A DNA stretch of 64,000 nucleotides from a virus. Position 1 is the first letter of the stretch. The number at the start of each line of letters is the position of its first letter. The stretch is from positions 65,830 to 129,829 of the IMG/VR virus record IMGVR_UViG_3300017917_001940. One strand, written 5' to 3'. The notes under the pieces are model-generated. The model saw nothing but the letters and a program-made list of their open reading frames with translations, did no database searches and had not been told where the DNA came from. The position numbers and the translations under genes were made by a program. Positions 37,014-47,074 of the stretch are shown piece after piece.

Positions 37014-39311
37014 ATGGCCCAGCCAATATGGATTACTCCTGCCGGTAGTCTGGGCACTATACCAGAAGGTATCTTCTTTGAAGTTCCTTTATTGGCGTAT
37101 GATCCAGATGATCCAATTACCGGAGAAGTTTATTATCAACTGATATCTGGACATTTACCAGCCGGAATACAGTGCGCTGATAATGGATTACTTGGTGGAG
37201 TACCAAAAGCCATTGTTAATATTCAAGGTGTTCCATTGCCGGTTACAGAAGATGTAACGAGCAAATTTGCCATTAGAGTCTATACTCGAGACCCTATAAC
37301 CAATGTTATTAATCATGTTAACGATAGAACATTTACAATCACAGTTACTAGTCAAAATCTTCCAGAATTTATTACACCTCCTGGGCTTATTGGTACCTAC
37401 TTCGATGGAACACAGGTAACTAATTTACAAATTGCCTATACCGATTTAAACCCTATTGAGAAAGTTACGATCAAATTAAAATCAGGAAGTTTACCTCCAG
37501 GTTTGTCTATTAGTTCAACTGGATTAATTTCTGGTTTGATAGATCGTCTGCCACCTGCGGATCCAACTAATCCACTAAGCACTGACCGAACATATCAGTT
37601 TACCCTTGAAGCTACAAATGGTAACATAAGCGACTTAAGAACTTATAGTATTAAAGTTTATGCTAGAACAGCCATGGTCGGTACTAATAATTTTATCACA
37701 GCAGACAATAATTTTATTACCAGTGATACAGCATCAACATACAGTCCAGTAATCATTAGCCCACCGCCCGGTGTTCTTGCTACTGTGCGTAATGATAATT
37801 TTTATGCAATAAGATTTGTTGGTGTTGATTTGTCTGGAGATGCTATTCAGTATCAACTGGGATTTGACCCAGGAGATTCGACTATACTGCCTGGATTAAC
37901 ATTAGATCCTAATACTGGTTGGCTATATGGTTACATTCCAAATCTTGGTATAACGGAAAACACTTACAATTTTTATATTCGAGCATACAAAGCCAATGAT
38001 CCAACTTACATCAGTCCCGAATATCATTACACATTAAACATCGTTGGTCCTGTAGATACTGAAATTACTTGGCTAACTGATAGCAATCTTGGAACTATTA
38101 ATAATGGATCAACAAGTACCTTTTATGTTGAGGCTATAAATGCCAGTGGTATTCCTCTGCAGTATGAATTACAATCGGGTAGCGATAGTTTGCTACCTCA
38201 AGGGTTACAGTTGCTACCAAGCGGACATATCGCTGGGCGTGTTAGTTTTGATACATTTACATTAGATGGCGGTAAAACAACATTTGACCTATCTGAATCA
38301 TTAGGAATCCAATCAGATCTATTAGGTACCACGTTTGATCTTAAATTTACATTTACAGTAGTTGCCTACAGTGTAGATGGTCTGATTAGTGTAAACAAAC
38401 AATTCTCAATTACAGTTAAACGAGTATACAATGAACCGTACGATAATCTTTACATACAGGTCATGCCCCCGCAAGATGATAGAGATTTGATCAGTAGTTT
38501 GCTTCAGAACAATGATATTTTCCAATCGGATTTAATCTATCGAGCCGATGATCCAAATTTTGGCAAGGCAACTAATTTAATTTATCATCATGCTTTTGGA
38601 TTAACCGCGGCAACATATGATGATTATGTGTCTAGCCTATATAAAAATCACTATTGGAAACAATTAACACTAGGTGAAATTAAAGTTGCTCGAGCCACTG
38701 ATACCAACGGAAATGTAATTTACGAAGTTGTTTATAGTCGTGTTATTGACGACCTGCTTAACAATCAAGGGTTAAGTGTAAGCAAAGAAGTAACTCTACC
38801 TTATACAGTTACTCTTGACGACAATACCCAAGTTACTACAGTTTATCCAAACAGTTTAATTGATATGAGAGATCAAGTGATTGATACAGTAGGTCAAGTA
38901 AGCAATATTTTACCAACTTGGATGCTATCAAAACAAGCAGACGGAACTGTACTAGGATTTACACCTGCGGTTGTACTTGCCTATGCTAAACCAGGCAAAG
39001 GCAATCAATTAGCCTATTATATAAGAACCGAGTTTGGCGAGCGACTTAACTTAGTTGATTTTGAAGTTGATCGTTACGAACTTGATAGATTGTTAAGCAA
39101 AAATTGGGATCCAACAGCAACTAGCTTGTACCATCCAAACGGATCGTGGGTACCATCGCCACCAACAATTACTACATTTGACGTTGCTTCTGGCGATCCT
39201 ACTATTTTTGATGGCAATAGTATGCAGTTTATAGCGCCAGTAGATATGTACACCAATACGCAAGCATACGATAAATATCTCGTATTCCCCAAGAGGACAA
39301 TTTTAGGATAA
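37014..39311 (+). CDS. baseplate/tail protein with putative Ig (He_PIG/cadherin-like) domains
   Basis: Repeated SGxLPxGL...GxISG modules. Confidence 0.75.
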   Translation: MAQPIWITPAGSLGTIPEGIFFEVPLLAYDPDDPITGEVYYQLISGHLPAGIQCADNGLLGGVPKAIVNIQGVPLPVTEDVTSKFAIRVYTRDPITNVINHVNDRTFTITVTSQNLPEFITPPGLIGTYFDGTQVTNLQIAYTDLNPIEKVTIKLKSGSLPPGLSISSTGLISGLIDRLPPADPTNPLSTDRTYQFTLEATNGNISDLRTYSIKVYARTAMVGTNNFITADNNFITSDTASTYSPVIISPPPGVLATVRNDNFYAIRFVGVDLSGDAIQYQLGFDPGDSTILPGLTLDPNTGWLYGYIPNLGITENTYNFYIRAYKANDPTYISPEYHYTLNIVGPVDTEITWLTDSNLGTINNGSTSTFYVEAINASGIPLQYELQSGSDSLLPQGLQLLPSGHIAGRVSFDTFTLDGGKTTFDLSESLGIQSDLLGTTFDLKFTFTVVAYSVDGLISVNKQFSITVKRVYNEPYDNLYIQVMPPQDDRDLISSLLQNNDIFQSDLIYRADDPNFGKATNLIYHHAFGLTAATYDDYVSSLYKNHYWKQLTLGEIKVARATDTNGNVIYEVVYSRVIDDLLNNQGLSVSKEVTLPYTVTLDDNTQVTTVYPNSLIDMRDQVIDTVGQVSNILPTWMLSKQADGTVLGFTPAVVLAYAKPGKGNQLAYYIRTEFGERLNLVDFEVDRYELDRLLSKNWDPTATSLYHPNGSWVPSPPTITTFDVASGDPTIFDGNSMQFIAPVDMYTNTQAYDKYLVFPKRTILG

Positions 39312-39314
39312 ACT

Positions 39315-40202
39315 ATGACAAGTAATATCAACCCAAATAACATTGACGGCTTATACCCAGTAGCCGGACAAGATAACAATTCACAAGGTTTCCGTGATAA
39401 TTTTACCAACACGAAAACAAATTTCCAGTATGCGGCTGATGAAATTACCGACTTGCAAAACAAGGCAATTTTAAAAGCGGCGTTAACTGGTGGTACATTG
39501 AACAACGATATGCTGGGCAGTTTGGTATACAATGTCCAGGTATCTCAGGTGTCTGGGTATATAACTGAATTAGGAACCCCGGCAGCAAGTTCGATTACAA
39601 TTAATTTTGAAGCCGGTTCTTGGCAGTCATTTACAACCAATGGTTCAAAATCTCTAGCATTTACTAACTTTCCTGCCGCAGGATCGTATGGTGCAGTGAC
39701 TATTCAGATTACCGTGGCCAGCGCCGCTCATACTATTACATTCCCTGCCTCGGTTAGTGTTAATAATTCTGGTATCCAGGGTTTGAACATCAGTACAAAT
39801 TCTATTGTGTTTGCTGCCGCTGGTACTTATACATTTAAAGTATCATCTGTTGATGGCGGAACCACATATACATTAGACCAAGTTAATAATGGATTAGTAC
39901 CATTTAATAATTCCAGTGAGTCTTTGAGTACCGGTAGTGCCGCAAGTTTGTCTAAAACTGTTAGTTACTTCTCAACTAGTGGTGCTTCGACTGCGACATT
40001 GGCCGCTGGTACAGCTGGGCAAATAAAAACATTTGCCATGTATGCCGACAGTGGCGATATGGTTATCACTGTAACCAACGCAGGTTGGAAAACTTCTGGC
40101 ACAGGTACTATTACGTTTGATGCTATTGGTGATGCTTGTACATTACAGTATATTAATAACAAATGGTTTGCAATTGGCGCAAATGGTGTAGTATTTGCCT
40201 AA
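39315..40202 (+). CDS. virion structural protein
   Basis: YPVAGQDNNSQGFRDNF; beta-rich Thr/Gly/Ala C-terminus; late motif upstream. Confidence 0.7.
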   Translation: MTSNINPNNIDGLYPVAGQDNNSQGFRDNFTNTKTNFQYAADEITDLQNKAILKAALTGGTLNNDMLGSLVYNVQVSQVSGYITELGTPAASSITINFEAGSWQSFTTNGSKSLAFTNFPAAGSYGAVTIQITVASAAHTITFPASVSVNNSGIQGLNISTNSIVFAAAGTYTFKVSSVDGGTTYTLDQVNNGLVPFNNSSESLSTGSAASLSKTVSYFSTSGASTATLAAGTAGQIKTFAMYADSGDMVITVTNAGWKTSGTGTITFDAIGDACTLQYINNKWFAIGANGVVFA

Positions 40203-40211
40203 CCAAAACAT

Positions 40212-40240
40212 TTGACTTTGTTTTATTAGTGCTGTAAAAT
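40212..40240 (+). promoter_or_regulatory. sigma70-type promoter
   Basis: TTGACT-N17-TAAAAT. Confidence 0.65.
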
Positions 40241-40246
40241 AAGCAC

Positions 40247-40483
40247 ATGGAACATCCTCTAATCGGTGAACTCGACTCATTGACTATAGATGAGTTGAGT
40301 ACCAAAATAAACGAACTTACTAAAAAATTATCCATTGCTCATAGAACGGGCAATGGTTATCTTTGTGAACAAATTCGAATGGCATTAGAAAGCTATCAAA
40401 CCAAATACAGACAAAAAAGTCAAGAGCTATTCAAACAAAGTGGCAATGGTAAAGATCTCGACGATAAGATTGACATCACATGA
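40247..40483 (+). CDS. small coiled-coil protein
   Basis: 78 aa. Confidence 0.7.
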   Translation: MEHPLIGELDSLTIDELSTKINELTKKLSIAHRTGNGYLCEQIRMALESYQTKYRQKSQELFKQSGNGKDLDDKIDIT

Positions 40484-41088
40484 ATGTAAGATTACAGTAT
40501 AATACAAATCTAACCGCCGGAGTGTTTTTTGAAAATTCATTGAGAATGAACAATTACACTATTAAAGTGTCAATGATTACCAACACTACCGATCCTGAGT
40601 GTCACAACATAGCATATGAGCGTTTAAAATATTTTGTTTATAAAATTTTAGAAAGTTCGGTGTTTATCGATCAACGAGAATTAGAAGCGTGTAAACTATA
40701 CACTGCGGCCGGTATTAGATTGACTACACTGCCTGAAATACCAATTGATCAAATCATTGGAATTATGCTATACTGTAAATTCAATGCCATTATGGAAGAC
40801 CATATACAAGTTGTTGAAGTTGAGGTTAGCAGTGAGTTGGGGGATCGTATGATATACTTCCACTGTGAAGAAGAAAGTTTAGGCCCGTTTGCCGAAGATG
40901 GTTGGTGGAATGATTCATCTACTGTTAATTGTGATACAGGTATAGTATTTGGCGATGATGCACTGAAGTATCTCGCGGTACAATGGAAGGATTTAGATTT
41001 AGGTTGGCCCGTTGAGGATACAATAAATGGATCCTCAGATGATAATAAACTAGTGTTTGCAGATTTTAAAAAAGATGAAACAAAATAA
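40480..41088 (+). CDS. hypothetical protein (possibly a degenerate QueD-like T-fold)
   Basis: Pattern of strands and helices only; no Zn-binding His triad seen. Confidence 0.6.
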   Translation: MNVRLQYNTNLTAGVFFENSLRMNNYTIKVSMITNTTDPECHNIAYERLKYFVYKILESSVFIDQRELEACKLYTAAGIRLTTLPEIPIDQIIGIMLYCKFNAIMEDHIQVVEVEVSSELGDRMIYFHCEEESLGPFAEDGWWNDSSTVNCDTGIVFGDDALKYLAVQWKDLDLGWPVEDTINGSSDDNKLVFADFKKDETK

Positions 41089-41587
41089 CTACGGTGAAAT
41101 GATTTTTAGTGAAGATGATGTGTGCGATCAGCTTATGCAAGGGCGCACAGTTGAATCATTAAAAGGCATGATGGTAGATGCCAGCGTGGATTTAGAAAAA
41201 GCTGCCGTGATGATGGAGTATGCCCCACCATTTATTCAAGAGTACCTTCACACCGAACTTGTAGACATATTCCATAAAAATTTACAACAAACTTGGCACA
41301 TGCCCCAAGAGTACAAGAACATGGACATTGCCGCTTATGTGCTTGGTTTGTGTGAAAACGAATCGGAATTACAGCGTTGCGGACACGAACTGTTAATGTA
41401 TCAAGAACGAGATTTATTTGATTTATTAAAATTTTTAAAGTATCTTGTGGATGTTATGAATCAAAATCGTTTAATTTGGGGTGTAGGACGTGGGTCAAGT
41501 GTGGCTAGTTATGTACTGTATAAAATAGGTGTACATCGTATTGACAGCATGTTTTATGATTTAAACGTCGAGGAATTTTTGCGTTAA
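41075..41587 (+). CDS. stand-alone DNA polymerase III alpha (DnaE) palm fragment
   Basis: WGVGRGSSVASYVLYKIGVHRID...EEFLR. Confidence 0.82.
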   Translation: MKQNNYGEMIFSEDDVCDQLMQGRTVESLKGMMVDASVDLEKAAVMMEYAPPFIQEYLHTELVDIFHKNLQQTWHMPQEYKNMDIAAYVLGLCENESELQRCGHELLMYQERDLFDLLKFLKYLVDVMNQNRLIWGVGRGSSVASYVLYKIGVHRIDSMFYDLNVEEFLR

Positions 41588-41609
41588 ATACCCTTATAGG
41601 AGAACTATT

Positions 41610-42089
41610 ATGACCAACAAAATTTATCGTTCAGCTATGGGTAAAACCATTGATATGGGCGCACTGCTTTTACAAAACGAAGGAACTCGTGCAGTGGGTA
41701 ATATGAATGTTAATGCCCGAGGTGACACTGTTAACAGCCAGAATCAAGTGATTGAAACAAAAAATCGACAGGCACAACGTCAATACGCTAAACAAGTAGC
41801 ACCAGCGTCGGTGCAAAAGCCTGCGGCTGGTAATCGTGCAGTAAAACAAGCTAGAGAATCAGCAGAAATCGTTGAAACAGTTAACGTCGACAACTATGAG
41901 GATCTTCCGATTGATGTCTCGGACACATTTGCTGACATGCCAGAAGATGATGTTGTACAAGAATCACCCAAGGTTGAGGAGCCTCTCAAGGGTGGATTGG
42001 CCGGGGCAATCGCTAGAAGTCGTGTAGTACAGCAAGAAAAAGAAAAGCCCTTGCGTGAACAACAAAAATCAACTATTAAAAAAATCTAA
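41610..42089 (+). CDS. conserved hypothetical protein
   Basis: YRSAMGKTIDM...AVGNMNVNARGD. Confidence 0.75.
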   Translation: MTNKIYRSAMGKTIDMGALLLQNEGTRAVGNMNVNARGDTVNSQNQVIETKNRQAQRQYAKQVAPASVQKPAAGNRAVKQARESAEIVETVNVDNYEDLPIDVSDTFADMPEDDVVQESPKVEEPLKGGLAGAIARSRVVQQEKEKPLREQQKSTIKKI

Positions 42090-42096
42090 GGAAACT

Positions 42097-42465
42097 ATGA
42101 AATCTGCATTTGCACCACATCAAATTCAACGTGATAATTTTCAACCCATTCGTGATTGGGTGATTGCCACTGAAATGAACTTTGAAGGTCGTACACTTAG
42201 TAGTGGAGTTATTCTACTCAACGATAACGGACGGTCGGATGGCATTCGTCCACGTTGGGGCCGCGTGTATGCAGTAGGCCCAGATCAAACTGAAATCAAA
42301 GTAGGTGACTGGATCTGCGTAGCACATGGTCGCTGGACTCGAGGTTTGGACATCGAGGATGAACAGGGCAAGCGAACTGTTCGTCGAATTGATCCAAATG
42401 ACATAATGCTAGTATCAGATGAACTACCAAACGACGATACTATCAGCACCACAGTAAACGCCTAA
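42097..42465 (+). CDS. groES: GroES-like co-chaperonin
   Basis: PIRDWVI...TLSSGVILL...GRVYAVGP..EIKVGD...DIMLV. Confidence 0.8.
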   Translation: MKSAFAPHQIQRDNFQPIRDWVIATEMNFEGRTLSSGVILLNDNGRSDGIRPRWGRVYAVGPDQTEIKVGDWICVAHGRWTRGLDIEDEQGKRTVRRIDPNDIMLVSDELPNDDTISTTVNA

Positions 42466-42466
42466 A

Positions 42467-42694
42467 TTGTCACTACATAAATCTAACCTTGATGCTGTCA
42501 AGCATTGGGTACGGGAGAATGCCTTTGAAGCAAAGTATCCTGGCAACGACGGATGGACTGCGGCAGAACACAAAAAGCGTTTGTACGAATTGAAATGTAT
42601 GTTAGACGACGTATACCCTACACTACCTAATTTTGTTGGTGAGGAAGAGTGGGAAAAAGAAAGATTAGTAGACTTATTAAAGAGGAAATCATGA
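42467..42694 (+). CDS. hypothetical protein
   Basis: 75 aa, TTG start. Confidence 0.6.
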   Translation: MSLHKSNLDAVKHWVRENAFEAKYPGNDGWTAAEHKKRLYELKCMLDDVYPTLPNFVGEEEWEKERLVDLLKRKS

Positions 42695-42852
42695 AACATC
42701 CAGATCCACGATTACATCAACAGATTAGCTTTGTTAAAAGTGCCCTTAGGATTGCCGCGGGTATCTCTTTGATTTGGCCCGAAAGTTTAGTACTAGCAGG
42801 TATATTCTTAATTGTAGCAGAAGTGTTAGGTGTTGCTGAAGAACTAGTATGA
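42691..42852 (+). CDS. small membrane protein
   Basis: HQQISFVKSALRI...AEVLGVAEELV. Confidence 0.7.
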   Translation: MKHPDPRLHQQISFVKSALRIAAGISLIWPESLVLAGIFLIVAEVLGVAEELV

Positions 42853-42902
42853 TTATATAGGTTAAACTGACAGAAGGTGATAAATAAAGTAGGAGATCAT
42901 CT

Positions 42903-43589
42903 ATGTTTGGATATATCTATAAAACTACAAATTTAATAAACAACCGTTGCTATATTGGAAAGAAAGTTAGTTCTACTTTTGTTAACAACTACTTTGGTTC
43001 TGGTCTTATACTCCAAGAAGCTATAAAAAAATATGGCAAGGAAAATTTTAAGATTGAAATATTACAGTGGGCCAAAACCGAAACAGAGTTAAATCAACTT
43101 GAAATTTATGAAATAGCGAGAGCAAAAAAATCTAATAGATTATACAATATTGCTGAAGGCGGCACTGGTGGAAATACACTATTAGATCATCCAGATAAAA
43201 TAGAAATAGTAAAAAAGAGAAACAATGCTCTTACACAATGGCATGCCTCACTAAGTGAAGAAGAAAAAATTCTCAGAAGTAAGAAAATAAGTCAATCCAA
43301 GAAAGGTAAATCAAATGGGCATACTGGATTTAAGCATACTCCTGAAACCATCGAAAAAATAAGAGCTACTAATAAAGCATACACCAAAACCAAAGATTGG
43401 AAGGAAGCTCATGCGTTAGCGGCAGCTAAACGAAGAGGAAAGCCGTTTACACAAAAATATAAATCTGTTATAGTAAATGACATAGAATATATTTCAGTAA
43501 AACATGCCCTAGAGGCATTGAATATAAAACATAGAGCGACATTCTATGATAGAATTAAACGAGGACTACTTAAGGTAGAATATAAATGA
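42903..43589 (+). mobile_element. GIY-YIG homing endonuclease with NUMOD3-like repeats
   Basis: GYIYKTTNLIN..CYIGK...YFGSG...YNIAEGG; FKHTPETIEKI. Confidence 0.9.
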
Positions 43590-44086
43590 TATTTAATAAA
43601 ATACGAGAGTTAAAAGAGCAACAAAAGGTGATTGGGATAACATTCTCGGCGTTCGATCTTTTTCACGCAGGTCACGTGGCCATGTTAGCCGAAGCCAAAA
43701 ATCACTGTGATTATTTGATTTGTGGATTACAAACAGATCCTACTATAGATAGACCGGACAGCAAGAACAAACCTATTCAAAGTATCGTCGAACGCCAAAT
43801 CCAATTGGCCGCGTGTCGTTATGTAGACGAAGTTGTTGTTTACCAAACTGAACAAGATTTGGTAGACTTGCTGTTGATTTTACCCGTAGATGTGCGTATA
43901 CTAGGAATAGAATATGAAGATTCAGAATACTCCGGCAAGTACGAAGGCATGCGTCGAGGTATTCGACCAATCTTTAACGGTAGAGATCATTCGTTTAGTT
44001 CAAGCAGTTTGCGTAAGCGTGTGGTAGCCGCAGAAGTAGAAAAGAATTTAAGGGGAACAACAGATGATGGCAAAACCTTCAACTAA
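43586..44086 (+). CDS. glycerol-3-phosphate cytidylyltransferase-like (TagD-like)
   Basis: FSAFDLFHAGH, LICGLQTDP, ERQIQL..CRYVDEV, FSSSSLR. Confidence 0.88.
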   Translation: MIFNKIRELKEQQKVIGITFSAFDLFHAGHVAMLAEAKNHCDYLICGLQTDPTIDRPDSKNKPIQSIVERQIQLAACRYVDEVVVYQTEQDLVDLLLILPVDVRILGIEYEDSEYSGKYEGMRRGIRPIFNGRDHSFSSSSLRKRVVAAEVEKNLRGTTDDGKTFN

Positions 44087-44261
44087 TCCAAATGCTTGTG
44101 GTTGTGGACGCAGTCCAACTGGCAAGTGTATTGGCTGGCATGCGTTGAGCGAAGAAGACTATCGAGCTAAATCAGCTGAATATGAGTTAGCCAAGTATAG
44201 AGAAAGTGCCGAAGAACTTTGGTTCTCAGGCGGTAGTTGTACAGGTGGATCACCGGAGTAA
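44064..44261 (+). CDS. CDGSH-type iron-sulfur domain protein (variant)
   Basis: CGCGRSPTGKCIGWH. Confidence 0.7.
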   Translation: MMAKPSTNPNACGCGRSPTGKCIGWHALSEEDYRAKSAEYELAKYRESAEELWFSGGSCTGGSPE

Positions 44262-44263
44262 TC

Positions 44264-44506
44264 ATGGAACCAATCAGAGCACCTAAGACTATTAAGATTT
44301 ATTCTCTAGTACGACAGAATGGCATGACCTTCTCTCCAGTGTCTAGTTCTAGTTCTGGTTCAACTAACATTGGATCAGGATACTATACCACTTTACAAGA
44401 AGCCGAACATCATCGTACACTAGAAGTATTAAAAGTAAGCAGTGGTGGCCGGGAGCAGTTTCACATTTACGAATTAGAAGTACCAAACCCAGCATATACA
44501 GAATGA
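44264..44506 (+). CDS. hypothetical protein
   Basis: 80 aa. Confidence 0.7.
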   Translation: MEPIRAPKTIKIYSLVRQNGMTFSPVSSSSSGSTNIGSGYYTTLQEAEHHRTLEVLKVSSGGREQFHIYELEVPNPAYTE

Positions 44507-44724
44507 AAAAACTCATACAAGAAGTAAAAGAAGTATCAGGATCAAGTTATCAATTATGGGCAGAAATTACAACCTGCCCTAACCCTGCTGGATATAAGCA
44601 GTTGACATTTAGTAGCGTGTGGACTGGTGCCAAGAATCCCCAAGCACCACAACGTAAAGGTGAAATGTTGTTGAGCCCAGACGCAGTTAAAAATTTACAA
44701 GAACTATTAGCGAGTGAAGAATGA
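44503..44724 (+). CDS. hypothetical protein
   Basis: 73 aa, coupled. Confidence 0.7.
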   Translation: MKKLIQEVKEVSGSSYQLWAEITTCPNPAGYKQLTFSSVWTGAKNPQAPQRKGEMLLSPDAVKNLQELLASEE

Positions 44725-45638
44725 AAGAACTTTGGACAGAAAAATATAGACCCAAGGACTTGGATGGTTATGTGTTCCGCGATCAAGCACAAAAGGAACA
44801 AGTAGCAAGTTGGATCAAGGGCAAGGCAATTCCACATTTGTTGTTTAGTGGAGCACCAGGTGTAGGTAAAACTACACTGGCCAAGATCCTTATCCATCAA
44901 TTGGGCATAGATGAGTATGATGTACTAGAGATTAACGCAAGTCGTGAAAACTCTGTTGATACAATTCGTGACAAGATCACAGGCTTTGTGCAGACTGTGC
45001 CCTTTGGTGATTTCAAGGTAGTGTTATTAGACGAAGCGGACTATATAAGTCCAAACGGCCAAGCGGCGTTACGTGGCGTTATGGAGACTTATCATGCATC
45101 TGCTAGATTTATCCTTACTTGCAACTATCCTAATAGGATTATTCCTGCTTTACACTCTCGATGCCAAGGTTTTCATATTGAGCGTGTTGATGTTACTGAG
45201 TTTACTGCTCGCGTCGCTACAGTACTTGTTACTGAAAATATTAACTTTGACTTAGATGTACTAGACACTTATGTCAAAGCCACATACCCAGATCTTCGCA
45301 AGTGCTTGAACTTGCTACAAATGAACTCCACCGGTGGTACACTAGTTCCACCACATGGTGATGAGGGTGGGTCAGCAGATTGGAAATTGGGTGTAATTGA
45401 TTTGTTCAAAGCTGGCAAGATTAAAGAAGCTCGTACATTAATGTGTCAGAGTGTGCGCCCCGAAGAAATGGAAGATGTATTCCGTTGGATGTATGACAAC
45501 TTGGAACTATGGAGTCAAGATCCAGAGAAACAAGATCAAGCAATTATCATCATTCGCCAGGGTATTGTAAACATACCAATGGTAGCAGATCAAGAAATTA
45601 ACTTATCAGCAACGCTGTGTGAGTTAAGCCGACTTTAA
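44721..45638 (+). CDS. sliding clamp loader subunit (RFC-small / T4 gp44-like AAA+)
   Basis: WTEKYRP, GAPGVGKT, INAS, LLDEAD, SRC. Confidence 0.93.
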   Translation: MKELWTEKYRPKDLDGYVFRDQAQKEQVASWIKGKAIPHLLFSGAPGVGKTTLAKILIHQLGIDEYDVLEINASRENSVDTIRDKITGFVQTVPFGDFKVVLLDEADYISPNGQAALRGVMETYHASARFILTCNYPNRIIPALHSRCQGFHIERVDVTEFTARVATVLVTENINFDLDVLDTYVKATYPDLRKCLNLLQMNSTGGTLVPPHGDEGGSADWKLGVIDLFKAGKIKEARTLMCQSVRPEEMEDVFRWMYDNLELWSQDPEKQDQAIIIIRQGIVNIPMVADQEINLSATLCELSRL

Positions 45639-46774
45639 TGCCCAACTTTGATGTACTAGAGCCAGCGATAGATCCTAACAACAGAATTACATTTCTGTTA
45701 GATTGGGAACTTACAATGAAGTGTAACCTTGATTGTAGTTATTGCTACACTGACCTATATTACGGCGGACACAATAATTCAATACCACATCCTGATTGTA
45801 ATGAGTGTATACAAACTATTGATTTTATGTTTGCGTATGTTGATCAGTATATGATGTACAAACCCAACGGTATCAAATATGTAGTGTTAAATGTTTACGG
45901 TGGCGAAGCACTAGCACATCCAAACATTGTTGAAATCCTAGAAGCAGTGCATGAAAAGTATCAAGCATATAAAGATCGTTGGCACCTTACAGTAACCACG
46001 ACTACTAATGCAATTTTGTCTGGTAAAACACTTAACAAAATACTTCCATTAATTGATGAATTCACAGTAAGTTATCATACTGAAAACACTAACAAACAAA
46101 AACAAACTTTTAAAGATAATTTACTAGCAATTCAAAAAAATGGAACACGTTTGAAATGCGTGGTCTTAATGCACGAGGACCCTGACAAGTTTCAAGATGC
46201 CCAATTAATGATTGATTGGTTAAAGCTAAATCATATAAAAACATTACCAAGGCAACTCGACTCAGATTATTACATGCGTTCTAATTATAACACACATCAA
46301 GTTCAATGGTTCAACAAGTTAAATCAAGATCGCAGTAATATTAAAATAGAATCAATTGATCTTCCTGATACAAACGAAACAGTCAATTTAAGCGAAACTG
46401 GCCGTGCGTGTTGCGGCGGTAGACAAATGTGCGAGGACCTGGATTACAAAAGTAAAAAAGGTTTTATACTTGACAATCGTTTTACCGATTGGTATTGTAG
46501 CGTAAACTGGTTTTTCTTGTATGTCAAACAAGTTACCAGAGAAGTTTTTTCAAACAAAGATTGTAAAATGAATTTCAATGGCGGCGTAGGTCCAATTGGC
46601 CATCTAGATAATACAACACAAGTTTTACAAGAACTTGAACAACAGTTAAGTAACAAAAGTTTGCCCATAATACAGTGTAAGAAACCCAAATGTCATTGTG
46701 GACTATGTGCTCCAAAAGCCAAGACCTTAGACAAGTATCATGCTATAATTAAAAAATATCAAAGGAACTATTAA
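45638..46774 (+). CDS. radical SAM protein with a C-terminal Cys-rich domain
   Basis: CNLDCSYC, YGGE, TTTN, CCGG, CKKPKCHCGLC. Confidence 0.9.
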   Translation: MPNFDVLEPAIDPNNRITFLLDWELTMKCNLDCSYCYTDLYYGGHNNSIPHPDCNECIQTIDFMFAYVDQYMMYKPNGIKYVVLNVYGGEALAHPNIVEILEAVHEKYQAYKDRWHLTVTTTTNAILSGKTLNKILPLIDEFTVSYHTENTNKQKQTFKDNLLAIQKNGTRLKCVVLMHEDPDKFQDAQLMIDWLKLNHIKTLPRQLDSDYYMRSNYNTHQVQWFNKLNQDRSNIKIESIDLPDTNETVNLSETGRACCGGRQMCEDLDYKSKKGFILDNRFTDWYCSVNWFFLYVKQVTREVFSNKDCKMNFNGGVGPIGHLDNTTQVLQELEQQLSNKSLPIIQCKKPKCHCGLCAPKAKTLDKYHAIIKKYQRNY

Positions 46775-47074
46775 ATGAGATATCTAGTATTAACCTATGT
46801 GCGTAAACCTAACGGCCAAATTGATGAAGCCATGACCGTGGTAAAAAATCTAAAGAAGCGTGACTGGCAAATGGCCAATGTCATCTTAGACTTTAAAGAC
46901 CAAAAAGTCTTGCTAGGATCCATGGATGGCAAGCAAGTGCCCAAAGATTGGGACAGAGTGGTCAGCTATTACTATCCGTTTTATACTAACATCATTGAAC
47001 GCTTGTTTGAAGAAAACGGACACGCTTTAAACATTGTGGAACAAGCACCTAACACACCGGAAACTACTACTTAA
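46775..47074 (+). CDS. conserved hypothetical protein
   Basis: 99 aa. Confidence 0.75.
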   Translation: MRYLVLTYVRKPNGQIDEAMTVVKNLKKRDWQMANVILDFKDQKVLLGSMDGKQVPKDWDRVVSYYYPFYTNIIERLFEENGHALNIVEQAPNTPETTT

